From NCBI GenBank assembly GCA_002269645.1, contig NIVC01000094.1:744001-808000 (forward strand): a stretch of 64,000 nt of DNA, written 5' to 3'. Source of the stretch: Macrostomum lignano. Lineage: Eukaryota. Shown here piece after piece: positions 40,793-52,619 of this stretch. The notes under the pieces were generated by a model. That model ran no database searches. It had not been told where the DNA came from and saw only the letters and a list, made by a program, of their open reading frames with translations. A program made the translations under genes and the position numbers. Every line of letters begins with the position of its first letter. Positions within the stretch are counted from its first letter, which is position 1.

Positions 40793-42553
40793 ATGACTAC
40801 TGATGCAAAGAGCTCGAGTTCGACCAGCGGAGCGCTGGTGAAGCAGGTCCTGCTGGAAGCGGCCAGCGAGACCACAGCCCACGGGCTCAGCAAGCTGGCG
40901 GGCCAGAGGCCGCTCTACATCAAGCTCTGCTGGCTGCTGGCCTTCCTGGCCCTGCTGGGGGTGTTCACGTACAGCATGCACGGATTCACCACCAAGCTGC
41001 TCAAAGGCGAAGTCAGCACATCTTACGAGGCTGAGGCTGTGGACTTTGAGTTTCCTGACGTGTACTTCTGCAACAACGTCCAGATATCTGGCACCTACTC
41101 TGTCACGCTTCCCGGTGCAGTTGTCGCCGACATCAACAGCCGGATGAGCGCCACTTTTGCCGCCTTTGATTCCGCGACGCAGCGGCTGCTCAACTCGTCG
41201 CTCTCGAGCGCCACCGCGTCTCAAATCGATCACATGAAGCTGTTCAGGCTGAAGTCCGCCATCCAGTCGATGCCTTACAATCTGCTCGTGGACAATCTCG
41301 CTCACAAGGAGCAGCAGACGGTGCTGAAGAACGAAAGCAAGTCGGGCATCTCCCTCAAGCCCTTCTATCATCCGAACCACCTGAAGTGCCTCAAAGTCAA
41401 AATGACCAAACAGAGACGGGCTCAGCTGAGCAAGGTCAATTCGGAGATCAGCTTCCAATTCATCCTCGATCCGTACTTCACCGACTTCAGTTCTACGCTT
41501 AAATACACTGATTATGACCAGGTGCAGAGCGTAACTGTGCCATTGTACAACAACCTAACCGCATACGTGTATGATTGGGACCTTGATACTCCATATGAGA
41601 TCGACAGACCCATGGGAATGAGGCTGTACCTGGCACCGAGGGGAGAATATCCGAGCAGGTTTGTAACAAACTTTCTGCTTGCTCCAGGCAGATCTTACAG
41701 CATTGGACTCACCATGCAGAACATCAAGAAGGATCCGAAAGCATACGATGGACAGTGCCTGACCGAGGCTCCCGAGGTGCAGTTTGTCAATCCGTACAAT
41801 GGCTCGGCGTACAATTTCAGCTACAGCAACAGCTTCTGCTACTTCTCAGAGTTTGCCCGGCAGCTGTCTCAGAACGGTTGCAGTCCATATGTGAACCCGC
41901 TGCCATGGGAGTACAGAAATGTGAGATTATGCCTGAACACGAGCGGCCTAAATGAGTCAGAGATCCAGTCGAATCTCATGCATGCCTTCACGGCTGACAC
42001 GGCTACGCTGAAAGACTTCCAGCGGCTGTGCCAGAACAGGCAGCTGTGCCTGACCCGGACGTACGAGACCAGCATTTCCAGCGCAAATTGGCCAAATGAG
42101 AATGGACAGGTTCGTCTAATTATGAACACCATGAAGGCCGTCTTTGATGTTTCTCGCACTGTCTCCAGACCTGCGTGGGTGGCTATTTACAAGTTCTTGG
42201 AATACTTCACGACCCCGCCAATAAATGATCGTTCAAGCGCGGAAAGTATGGCGGCAAAGTTCTTCTCGCGCTCAGGCCTGAAGGTGACGCTGCGTAGCGA
42301 GGAGTCGAGGAGCTCGCAGATCATTCTGTCGCCCGGCTATTCTCTGCAGACTTACATTGCCGATATGGGCGGCACTGCTGGCATCTACCTCGGCTGCAGC
42401 CTGCTTAGCCTGTGCGAGCTCATCGAGCTGCTTTACAACCTGATTGTCAGAACTCGGAGACAGAGGAAGTCCGGCAATGTTGTCCATGTGAGCGCCGCGT
42501 CCCCGGCTGTCAGCACTGTGACTTCGGACAGCCTCAAACTGGCCAAGAAGTAG
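40793..42553 (+). CDS. DEG/ENaC (amiloride-sensitive Na+ channel family) subunit, intronless, 586 aa
   Basis: N-terminal TTAHG (HG motif); TM1 LCWLLAFLALLGVFTYSM; FPDVYFCN; Cys-rich thumb region; pre-TM2/TM2 YIADMGGTAGIYLGCSLLSLCELIE (GxS filter). The ORF opens at 40577, but the ATG at 40793 fits the family N-terminus. Confidence 0.93.
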   Translation: MTTDAKSSSSTSGALVKQVLLEAASETTAHGLSKLAGQRPLYIKLCWLLAFLALLGVFTYSMHGFTTKLLKGEVSTSYEAEAVDFEFPDVYFCNNVQISGTYSVTLPGAVVADINSRMSATFAAFDSATQRLLNSSLSSATASQIDHMKLFRLKSAIQSMPYNLLVDNLAHKEQQTVLKNESKSGISLKPFYHPNHLKCLKVKMTKQRRAQLSKVNSEISFQFILDPYFTDFSSTLKYTDYDQVQSVTVPLYNNLTAYVYDWDLDTPYEIDRPMGMRLYLAPRGEYPSRFVTNFLLAPGRSYSIGLTMQNIKKDPKAYDGQCLTEAPEVQFVNPYNGSAYNFSYSNSFCYFSEFARQLSQNGCSPYVNPLPWEYRNVRLCLNTSGLNESEIQSNLMHAFTADTATLKDFQRLCQNRQLCLTRTYETSISSANWPNENGQVRLIMNTMKAVFDVSRTVSRPAWVAIYKFLEYFTTPPINDRSSAESMAAKFFSRSGLKVTLRSEESRSSQIILSPGYSLQTYIADMGGTAGIYLGCSLLSLCELIELLYNLIVRTRRQRKSGNVVHVSAASPAVSTVTSDSLKLAKK

Positions 42554-44256
42554 GCTCGGCAGCTGCTCTCAAATTTAGCAGCTACTGTTAGTTTGAGCAA
42601 ATGCGTAAATGTGGGATTTATTGCTGCCTCTATAAAATGTATTTGCTTCTGCTCTGTAATTTGTCATACTAAATGAGAATTCAAGTAGACTGCATTAGTA
42701 AGTAGGCAAATTAAGCTTTTTTATTTTACCACGTTAAAAACCACAAAAATAAAATGTCCTTGACTAGAGAAAGCTATAATCATACTTTCTATATATTTAT
42801 TCAACATGTACATAAAATCTACGGATATAGACTCGTTTGTTTGGCGTGAAGGCACCAGTAGCATGGTCTTCTTGTCCAAGATGGACGTTTTGGTCGTGGT
42901 CGCCCTGGAGTCCCCAGCTCCCAGCCAGCAGCGATTGTCTGCCTTGCTGCCCTTGCCATCAGGTTGAGCCAGGTCTCATCCTCAACAACCAGGCAGTTTA
43001 GAATGTCATTCAAACCCCCGGTTGCTGAACACCTAGCAGGCGTCTGTCTTGTCGTGATTCATGGTGATGCTGTTCGCTGTATAGATGAAATTTCATCGCG
43101 TTGCACTTGCTTAATCTGCATAACGAATTCTTGCGATAAGCTGGGCCATAAGCATCCTATGCACATCTGGAACGCGCTGGTATTGCTTCATTAAGTATAC
43201 TTTGAAGCTGCACTACCCACAAGTGCATATGCTTATATACTTCAGACAGAGGCATGCAGTGACATTACTTATGACACACCCGAATATATTATTTTTGAAA
43301 ACTTCAACCTTACCTTTTCAGGCTTTTCTAGATCAGAGTGAGTGTAACAAGTGTCATAGGTCATCAATATTACGAGTGCACGTTGGGCTTGATACTCATA
43401 CGTGCATGATCAACTAATTGATTGATATAAACCAACCAGCATTAACTTAGCTGTATTGTCCATGTGCATACAGTATGATAACAGTATTTTACGACTGGAC
43501 TGAAAGTCATAAGCCAGCTAGCTCCAATTTGACCCTTAAAAATCAACCTTAGTTTGACACAGTACATATCTTTATAATTTCCTTTTTGCCTTTTGGTTTG
43601 ACATCGAGGCCGTGATATTCTCTAATGAGCAGACGACGGAACTATCGTCGGTCAGTAGTGTCAGCAGTTCGTCTACAGCTCTGCGGTCAGCTGCATGGTT
43701 TAAAAGTCGCCATGAGCTTCCCCGAAATTAGCTGTCGCAACTGAATAGCACACACCTTTAAGATGTGACGAGCGTCTTATAAAGCCACACTGGCTTGTTC
43801 ATCCAAGCGACCTGTTGCACCGTTCATGATCAGTGTGGCCTTTGTTTGTAGGCCTAGCTCTTTTCCTTACTGAGTGATGCATGTACTGCCCAAAATGGTG
43901 CAGGATCGGTACTATTTGCTGCTGATTGCATTTGGCGATACGCCCGCGCTTCACGCACATTGACGAGGCATTTTGAGGCACCAAAGGCGAACTGTTTTGA
44001 TAGGGAATTAATAAAGAGTATGCTTCGAAAGTGTTGCCTATTGAGGCACCAGGCGGTAAGCTGCCAATCCGGCACAAAACTTAATTTACTTTAGTGCACA
44101 CCGCCCCCTCAACAAGGACACACAAAACACAGAGCTGGCGAGCATACGAGGTGAGGGAGCCTGGCAACGGAGCCCCCCCAATACCAAACAAAAGCAGGCG
44201 CAAAAGGAAAAGCAAAGCAAAACAAACGCGCAAAAGGCAAATGGGCAAAGAGGCGA

Positions 44257-45200
44257 TCAGCCCCTAGAAAGCAAAGCAACGTCCAGCTTCCGAGCAGCGC
44301 CGAAAGCTGCATCGCCAGGCGACAAATAACAGTTCACTGCGTCGCTGCGCCAGTCGCCCACGCTCTGGATCTCCCTGACTGACAGACCGAAACGCGCCGC
44401 CCAGGTGGCTGCACCCCTCCGCAAGCTGTGCACGGAGTAGCCTGCCGCGCTGATGCCCGCCTTATCGAGCCAGCACTTGAACTGCACGTCCAACATCCGG
44501 GATGTCAGAGAAGCCTCAAACGATTGCAGCGAAGATGATCTCGCAGCGCCGCGACGGGACAGAACGGGTGACCGGGCTTCAGCTGCGGCAGCAGTACCCT
44601 GTGGCTCCTCCCGAACTGGTTGCTTTTCCCATAGCTGGACAGCAGAAGCAGACCGTCCTTGCACTCCGACAGAGAACTGAGCCGCAGCACTGGCGGATCA
44701 GCGCGCCCAACAGGCAACAGACTAGACTTCCTAAATATGCCCCACCAGGCGCACATGACTGAAGCCCAGCAGGCAGCTTGTGCTGGGTTCGAGCAGTCAG
44801 CTTGGCGACCCAGCCTTGTTAAAATCTCGGGAGGCACAGGCAGCTTGCGGCTCGGCTCCGCCCCGAGCTCGCGCTTGGCTCCCCGCAGCACCAGGTGCAG
44901 CAACGGATGCTTGGTCAGATCTGGCGCCCCTGCCAGCCGGAAGTTGGTGGAGAGAACGCTGATGTGCACGCGGACGCTGCCGAAGGAGCTGAGCCGGCCA
45001 TCCACGAGTCGGGCAACGTAATTCACGAGGTCCTCCGCCCGGCAGCAGAGCGGGTCGAGCCGCCGCTCGAGACAGAAGCGTTGCCAGGAGCGGATGGCGG
45101 ACGATAGCGACTTCTTGGATGATGAGGCGCAGGCCTGCTGGAGAAGCTTGGCTGCGGCGGCGTCGAGAGACCCAGGGAGGCGACCTGCAAAAGGAGGAAG
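44257..45200 (-). pseudogene. Tyrosine recombinase (frameshifted near 44515)
   Basis: N-terminal SSKKSLSSAIRSWQRFC. Catalytic set GIFRKS (R), GKSNQ (K), HSLRRGAAT (HxxR), GDW, NCYL (Y), split over two frames. Confidence 0.88.
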
Positions 45201-45500
45201 GCGGCGGTCAGGCTGACTGCAGTCATGGATGAGCCGGATGCCTCCACCCGACTTGGCAATGGCGCCCAGGGCGCTCACAATCGCCGGCTTTGCACAAACG
45301 CGGTATCTGCCCGTCTGCAGCTCCTCACGAACTTAAGCCTGAACGCTGACACGGTGCTGACTGATGGATCCGTAGTTATCCTGCTCAACAGTGTCGACGG
45401 TGCAACTGACATTCCTAATGCGGAAACCCTCCTTCACACCGGTCGAGAGAACGAACTGCGCGAGCTTCGCTGGCATCTCGGTGTCGGCCAGCTCCAACGT
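45201..45500 (-). pseudogene. DIRS-type reverse transcriptase N-terminal fragment
   Basis: EGFRI...DNYGS...VQA*VREELQTGRY...IVSALGAIAKSGGGIRLIHDCSQP. One premature TAA; the rest of RT/RNase H is deleted. Confidence 0.75.
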
Positions 45501-45627
45501 CAAGCTTCAAAGCGCAAGTCGGTAGAGAAGGTTCCGCCAGAGTCGCCCTTGTCACGGGGTTCATCGAAAGCAGCAGCAGGGGCGGGCGACTCGATGTTAA
45601 GAGACCCCTGCCGCCGAACCCCGCCCA

Positions 45628-46326
45628 TCAGTTTTTTGCCGTCGGACCACCCTCCGATCCGTGGAAGGTGGCCTCCGAGTGCGCCTGGCCGCAGCGCAAA
45701 CAACAGTGCGTGAACCGGCACGGATTGCGGTGGCAGCCGGACAGTCTGTTGTAGTCGAAGCAGACCGTTCGCTTCGGTGCTGGCCTAGCCGCAGCACCAG
45801 CCTGCCATTGCGTACCCGGTGCCATCAGGTGCGCCGCTACCAATCCGAGGTCGGTCACCGAGCTGTCCCCGGCGCCGGCACCCGCCTGCTGCACCCTGAA
45901 CTGGTCGTCGTAGCGCAACACGCGACCGCGGTCGAAACCGAGGTCAAGGAGGTCGCCGATCTTGGCTGTGTGCTTCAGGTACTCAAGCAACTCCGACATG
46001 TCGATGGCGCCGTCTCTGAGAACCAGAAGCCTGCCGTCCTTCAGCATCTGCATCAGCGCATTCGAATTCCCGGTAATCCAGTCACCAACAGACAGACTGT
46101 CCAGAGTTAACTGCTTCCCCGCCTGGCTCGATTTGTTCAGCGACAGCTGCTTCCGAGTGCTGATGAAGTCTGGCACCCGATACGTGCTCGGATGCTGCTG
46201 TCCTGGCTGCTGCACCTCATTTGCCCCTCCAGCTGTGGGTCCGAACACCAAGTCATTGAGGCATTGAGTACTCACCGGGTACCGCGACATTCGGTGTTCG
46301 TTGCGGCGGCTCATCAACCTAGCCAC
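45628..46326 (-). CDS. DIRS/Ngaro gag-like ORF1 with C-terminal Cys/His fingers
   Basis: VLRYDDQFRVQQA motif and CFDYNRLSGCHRNPCRFTHCCLRCGQAH. Confidence 0.75.
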   Translation of the reverse strand: MARLMSRRNEHRMSRYPVSTQCLNDLVFGPTAGGANEVQQPGQQHPSTYRVPDFISTRKQLSLNKSSQAGKQLTLDSLSVGDWITGNSNALMQMLKDGRLLVLRDGAIDMSELLEYLKHTAKIGDLLDLGFDRGRVLRYDDQFRVQQAGAGAGDSSVTDLGLVAAHLMAPGTQWQAGAAARPAPKRTVCFDYNRLSGCHRNPCRFTHCCLRCGQAHSEATFHGSEGGPTAKN

Positions 46327-47586
46327 CCAGCTGCCGGATCTCAGTCTCCATGCGCGCTTGATCCCGGCGAATCGTCAGCAGGCGCAGCTGCTTCTCCGCC
46401 TCCAGCAGCTCCCGGTCCAGGTTGCCATCCCGTGGGTCTCTTCTGCCGCCCTCCTGTCGCCGGCTGTCGCCCTCCTGTCGTCTTAAGACATCTCGCTGAG
46501 CTCCTGCCTCCTTGGATGATCTCTGCTGTCACGATCTTCGATGAGTCCAGAGATCGATTGCGCTCCTGCTGAGTCTCGTGCCTCCGCCTGTCGGAGTCTC
46601 TCTTGCAAGGTGTGTTTGTTTCCAGCAGTATGCAGGCCTCTTGCACGCAAGGCGGTGCGGTGCGCAGCTCCTATAGCTGGTTTGTGACATGACTCAGCAG
46701 TCCAAAATTTTTTTCCAAAAATTTTAAGCGCGCAGCGAGACACAGACTCAGCTAGCCCGCAGGCATAAAAACCCTCCCGAGGGAGGGGGTGGGCGCAAGC
46801 CGGGGGGTTGGCGGTGTACACAAACGCCAGTTTAATTAGTGCTGGCAGCACAAACCAGTTCATAAATTTCGTGATCTGCCAGCAATGCGTAAATGGCATG
46901 CAGCGTTCCCCTTAGTTTTGGAGCAACGCCAGCCAGACACGAGTTTGCCGGTATCAATAAAAACACCGCATTATTGAACCATCATACTACTGCATGTTAT
47001 ACTTCAGAGAAAGAGTCGTTCGGTGCTTTTAGGTTGAAAATTTTAAATAACAATACAGTTAAAATTTCATCAAACCTCCGACTGACGCGTGACGCAGAAT
47101 CCTGATATGCTAAGAAGCTGAAAGAGATCTACTTTGAACTCCGTATGTATAGGAAACATGTATATATGTACGTGGGATAGAATACGTAATTTTACTCTTC
47201 ATTTCTATAGTCAAGAAAACTATTATCACTGACGTCCTGTGCATACTGAATGTCACGTCCAGGGACCTACTTGTACTCAAGTTTAAAAAAGTTGAGTGGT
47301 CTCCTTGGTCACTTCACGTATCGGCGCGGTCTGATGGCAACGATTTAAAAACAGATATGCGAGATTTCCCCGAAAGCACAGGATAAAACTATTAATTACT
47401 CAAATTAATTACTGTTAGGCTAGTGACATCATAGTCTAGGAAAAGTTCCGGCGTACATGCATACCATCCGCAACCTGGGGCATACCTAGATAGGTATAGG
47501 CTAGCAAGGCTAGACTAAAATAAAATTGATAAGTAAGTACTAAAATATATATATATGTATAATAAATGTGTTTTGATTCTTGCCTC

Positions 47587-49130
47587 AGTTCAGTGCCATA
47601 ATAACATACATGATACAGTCTAAAATGAGTCTATTAAGTAAATTAGGGCTTCTTAATCTTAGCCTTCATATGGATAGCAGAATGCTTTGCTATATAGCCT
47701 AGGCTATCCATTTAGGGCCTAACTCTATGGCAAAATCCAAAAATTGAGGGCAAGTACTTAGAAAAAATGTTTTTTTGTGATTTGACTGCAATGAAGCTAT
47801 GTTGCTATGAAGCTAAATTTATAGCCTATGCCTATAAAATAAATTTATTTCATATCTTTTATTTCTAAATAGTCTAACAGAAATTGCTCATTAGTATATA
47901 GGCCTAGAGTGGTGACTTTTCAATGTTGCTAAGTACAACCACAATGGAATGGCACAAGTAAAATTAAGTTTTGAATGAATTATATTAGATCTCCATTCAT
48001 TGGCCTTTTGTATAGTTTAAAATATTTTATAATATTCTCCTTCCTAGTCCATTAACACATATGCTATGGATTTGTTTGGCTTTGATATATATTTGCTTAA
48101 GATTGGTATGCATTTGTAAATTTTGGTTTGGGATATTCTAACATGTATTTGCCATGATCTAGACTATGATATAGTAGTAATACTATTAGGTAACCTAGTA
48201 TTAGAATATTTTTTCAAAGAAGCTAACCTTCTATTTAAATTTCATTAAGATAACAAATTAACTAAATTTGCGCTCGCTCTTTTGCTATTACTATATTTCA
48301 AATAGAAGCTATAAGATTGAACTTAGCTTGAACTTCCATTGATATTGATTCAATTTAGATACTTAATACTTGATGGTGCTTTTTTAAGTGTATTTTTCTC
48401 AGCGCATGGCGCACAAGTAATTTTTTTTTCTCGGCGCACGCGGCGCACAACAAAAATTTTGATGGATGTTATTCCGGCGCACACGCTGCACCTTCCTGAC
48501 CATGGAGTTCAGTGCCATAATAACATACAGTCTAAAATGAGTCTATTAAGTAAATTAGGGCTTCTTAATCTTAGCCTTCATATGGATAGCAGAATGCTTT
48601 GCTATATAGCCTAGGCTATCCATTTAGGGCCTAACTCTATGGCAAAATCCAAAAATTGAGGGCAAGTACTTAGAAAAAATGTTTTTTTGTGATTTGACTG
48701 CAATCTATGTTGCTATGAAGCTAAATTTATAGCCTATGCCTATAAAATAAATTTATTTCATATCTTTTATTTCTAAATAGTCTAACAGAAATTGCTCATT
48801 AGTATATAGGCCTAGAGTGGTGACTTTTCAATGTTGCTAAGTACAACCACAATGGGCAATGGCACAAGTTTAAAATTAAGTTTTGAATGAATTATATTAG
48901 ATCTCCATTCATTGGCCTTTTGTATAGTTTAAAATATTTTATAATATTCTCCTTCCTAGTCCATTAACACATATGCTATGGATTTGTTTGGCTTTGATAT
49001 ATATTTGCTTAAGATTGGTATGCATTTGTAAATTTTGGTTTGGGATATTCTAACATGTAATGATCTAGACTATGATATAGTAGTAATACTATTAGGTAAC
49101 CTAGTATTAGAATATTTTTTCAAAGAAGCT
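47587..49130. repeat. Direct duplication of about 630 bp (47587-48224 and 48506-49130)
   Basis: Both copies begin AGTTCAGTGCCATAATAACATACA and end TTTTTTCAAAGAAGCT; they differ by small indels. Confidence 0.9.
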
Positions 49131-52100
49131 GGATCTAGGTTTGATAGGTAAGATAAGACTAATTATATGTATATCTATCAATATAGCAAGCTCTGCTCCA
49201 ATATTAAAGCTATATACCTATAGTTTCAAAATAGTGGCTATAGTCCTATAAGTTGGCTATCAAATGATAATTAGCTAGCCATTGTATAATTAACTTAGTA
49301 CCATTGCTAATAGTGAGGTGGGATAGAAAAAGAAATAAACTTGGGAGTTGGGTTTGAATTTGAACATCGTCAGTTGCTGTCATTAGCTAACACTGGAAAA
49401 TGAGTGGTTTTGAACTTTGACTTCCATCGATATTGTTTCAGCACTTGTAAAGCCAAAAATTTTTATAAACTGAAGCGCTGATCCTTCTCCTTGGATGCTC
49501 CATCTGCCGGGGTCCTCAATTCCGGAGCAGGGTAGGCCTAGTTGTAATCGCAGTCAAGTAGTCTTTTAACAGCATGGTCATTCAAATTGGGTCCTCAAAT
49601 ACCATAAATTCCGTAATCTGTCAATACATTCGGTTTGTTACTCTCAGTAACAAAGTAGTGCTACCACCGCCATAATTTCATATTACAGAATGTTGAGGGT
49701 CTCAGAGCTTTCTTTGAGTTGAGACTGATTGGTTATTTTATGCCCCATGGGCAAATGACTCAATATAGACTAGAGGCTTCAATTAGGAATGAATGAATAA
49801 ATATTTGATGTAACTTTTGGCTTGTTATTATTTATAGTATTATGCACTGGATAATGAGTAGTTACAATTCAAGTACTAAAGGATTATTATTACTATTGTT
49901 GGTTGACATACGAGTGAGGCAAATCAGCAATGCCGAAAGTGAGCAACAAATTAATAAAACAATTAGACGCTAAGAGCTAGGGCAAAACAAGCTAAACAGA
50001 GTAAGACAGAGTAAAGGAGACACATGAGAGCAAGATTGGTTTCATGCAACACTTAAATATTAAATGACACAGCTAAACCTAGAGGGTAAGACAACGGAAG
50101 GGACAAGGGAAGAGACACCTAAAGGAAAAAGGAAAAACCTGGCTGTTGGAAGCGGTATAATAACAAAAGAGCACAGGAAGAAGCAGCAAAGGAAGCAGGC
50201 AAAGGAGCAAAGGCGGGGACAAAAGGGGGAATAGTCAAGGGGACATACATTGAAATTAAGTGACGTCAGCTGTCAGTGGCTGGAAAATAATAACAGTGCG
50301 CCTTGTCCGTGTTGAAGGTCTACCATCGTTCTCCTAGTGGTAGACTGGCCTACCACAATAGCACTAGCTTATATAGATATCTGTGAGTAATATCAAAGTC
50401 ATAGAGATCAGCTAATAGCTATAAATTGATAAGAAGTATTATAGTTATAGGTACTTAGGTTGTCTAGCCATGATTTATATTGACAACAAAGAAAATAGAT
50501 AAAGATAATTTAATGTGGCAAACTAAGGAATTACTTATTTGACCTGTTAGTATTAGACAATATGATCATTTTTGTTTGAAAGCATGTTTTTAATTAATAT
50601 TTTAATTAAGCTTTTTTACATATATTAGTTTTATGAAAAAAACGTTTAGATATTGTTTAATCACAATGTTTAACAAAATTTTCTATTTAATATATTAAAT
50701 ATATTTAATTTAATTGTTTATTTAATATATTGTCTATTGTCTATTTGATATATTAATTTCTTATATTAATAAATTTATATAAGACAATATAAATTTTTAG
50801 ACATTTTTATATTCATTTCTGTTTTAAAAGGACACCTCAAACACCAGCAAAGATGCTTCTTAAGCTGAGATATTCCCTAGCAACTATTGGTATAACATTT
50901 TTAAAGATATCAAAAATGTATATAATCATTTTTGAAAAGCTATTGCATTGTCACACTTAGTTTTTTTCTGCATGAAAATTGCACAGTTGCTTTACATATG
51001 TCTCTGCTTTAAAATACATATCAAACACCAACAAAGATGCTTCACAAGCTAAAATATTCCCTAGCAATGATTGTTACAATGTTTTAAAATGTACCAAATA
51101 ATTTTTTAAAAAGCTTATGCATTGTCATACTTTGCTCTTTCTATATAAAAATTGCACAGCTGCTTTAAACATGTCTTTGCTTTAAAAGATACCTTAAACA
51201 ATAAGATTCTTCATAATTAAAGATATATCTTGTAGCAACAATTTTTAGGGATGTTTTAAATATATTGAACTTTATTTTTATTAATATTAATAATAGTATT
51301 ACTTTTATTATTATTGGGAAGAATATTAAAAAACAAAAAGTGCCAGCCAGCATTTAAGGTTAGCAAAAGAGCAACACAAGGAAGCAAAGGAAACAACAAA
51401 GGTAGCCTTATAAGAAATTGCAAGTAAATGCAACTTTTTAAGATTCTGCACCCACTGTCTAGAGTGCCAACTATGTAATTGGATTGTCACAAGTCATTAA
51501 GACAGCAAAGTTGTCAAGCAACTACTAGAAGAAATAAAAACCTAAGCTAACTTTCAAAATGGCGAAAAATTTTTGCAAATCTGCTGAGTCATCCAAGAAG
51601 AAATATTATGATTTTTAGACTTCCCCACAGTTTAATTGAGTGCCTAATCTGCCTAAGAAACCAATCTGCCTACCACACAATCAAATCAGTTTCAAAGTGA
51701 TTCACTATCACAATTTATAGCTAAGAATAATTTTGCTAAATAGCTGTCTATATCAATAAAGTCAAACAAAATTAGTGCCATCAATTTAGATATAGGAACA
51801 ATCTTTTCAGCAACTAAGAATCAATTCCAGAATATAAGCATTGAAACATTTGTGCAACAAAACATAAAGCACCTTATAATATAAATATCATGTCAAACCT
51901 CATTCAAAATAATTGCATTGTCTCTTTCCTTATGTAGCATAGTTAACATTTTATGCATCAAGTCTGACACAATTGAAGCAAACATTTGCCATGCTTTTCT
52001 AGCTATTCTAATATATTTTGTGAAACCAAAAAGGTAAGAAAGGCATTCAATCTAAAATTTTGCAAAAATGACTTGCAAGCTGGTTGAATCCTTTTCTATA

Positions 52101-52619
52101 TATAAAATGCATATATCAAGCATTAAGTTACCTATTCAATTTGCTTCCTTTGGATAGCAAGCTTTTCCAAGCCACAGAACTTGCAAAACTTGCAAAGGGG
52201 TTGCTTGGTTTCTATGAAATTGGTCATATTCTTAATATGTTGGTATACAGCATTCAATTTCTTTGCAAAAATGTAATCAATATAGTGCACTTATCAAGCA
52301 ATAAATTGCAGCCAAATAAACATGTCAGCATGTCATGAAAATGTGTCTTTTTGCTAGATGCATATTCTTGCTACAGTTCTAACTTGCTTCCCTTTAGATG
52401 CTCCAATTGCTCAGGGAAAAAGTAGGAGATAAAAAAGCAAAGAGCTTACTAAAATTCGATTAAATTAAATTAAATTACATTTTTAAACCCCTTAAATCAT
52501 CCATGCAGTCCTATGTGACCCCAAGGCCCAAAACAAGTTAATTGGATAATTTAATATACAAATCTGCAAGCAATGCAATGAGTCTTTAAAGAACAAATTT
52601 TAAAATACAAATCTACTGA

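Larger units (their letters stand above)
44100..46900 (-). mobile_element. Degenerate DIRS-order (DIRS/Ngaro-like) tyrosine-recombinase retrotransposon; ends approximate
   Basis: gag-like ORF, then an RT N-terminal fragment, then a tyrosine recombinase, all on the minus strand. Confidence 0.85.

Noticed and set aside
44090-46820. Inverted terminal repeats of the DIRS element (GTG[C/T]ACACCGCC..CCCC at about 44094 and 46803-46820)
   Set aside because: The match is only about 15 bp and gapped; no clear ITR/ICR or split direct repeats could be established.
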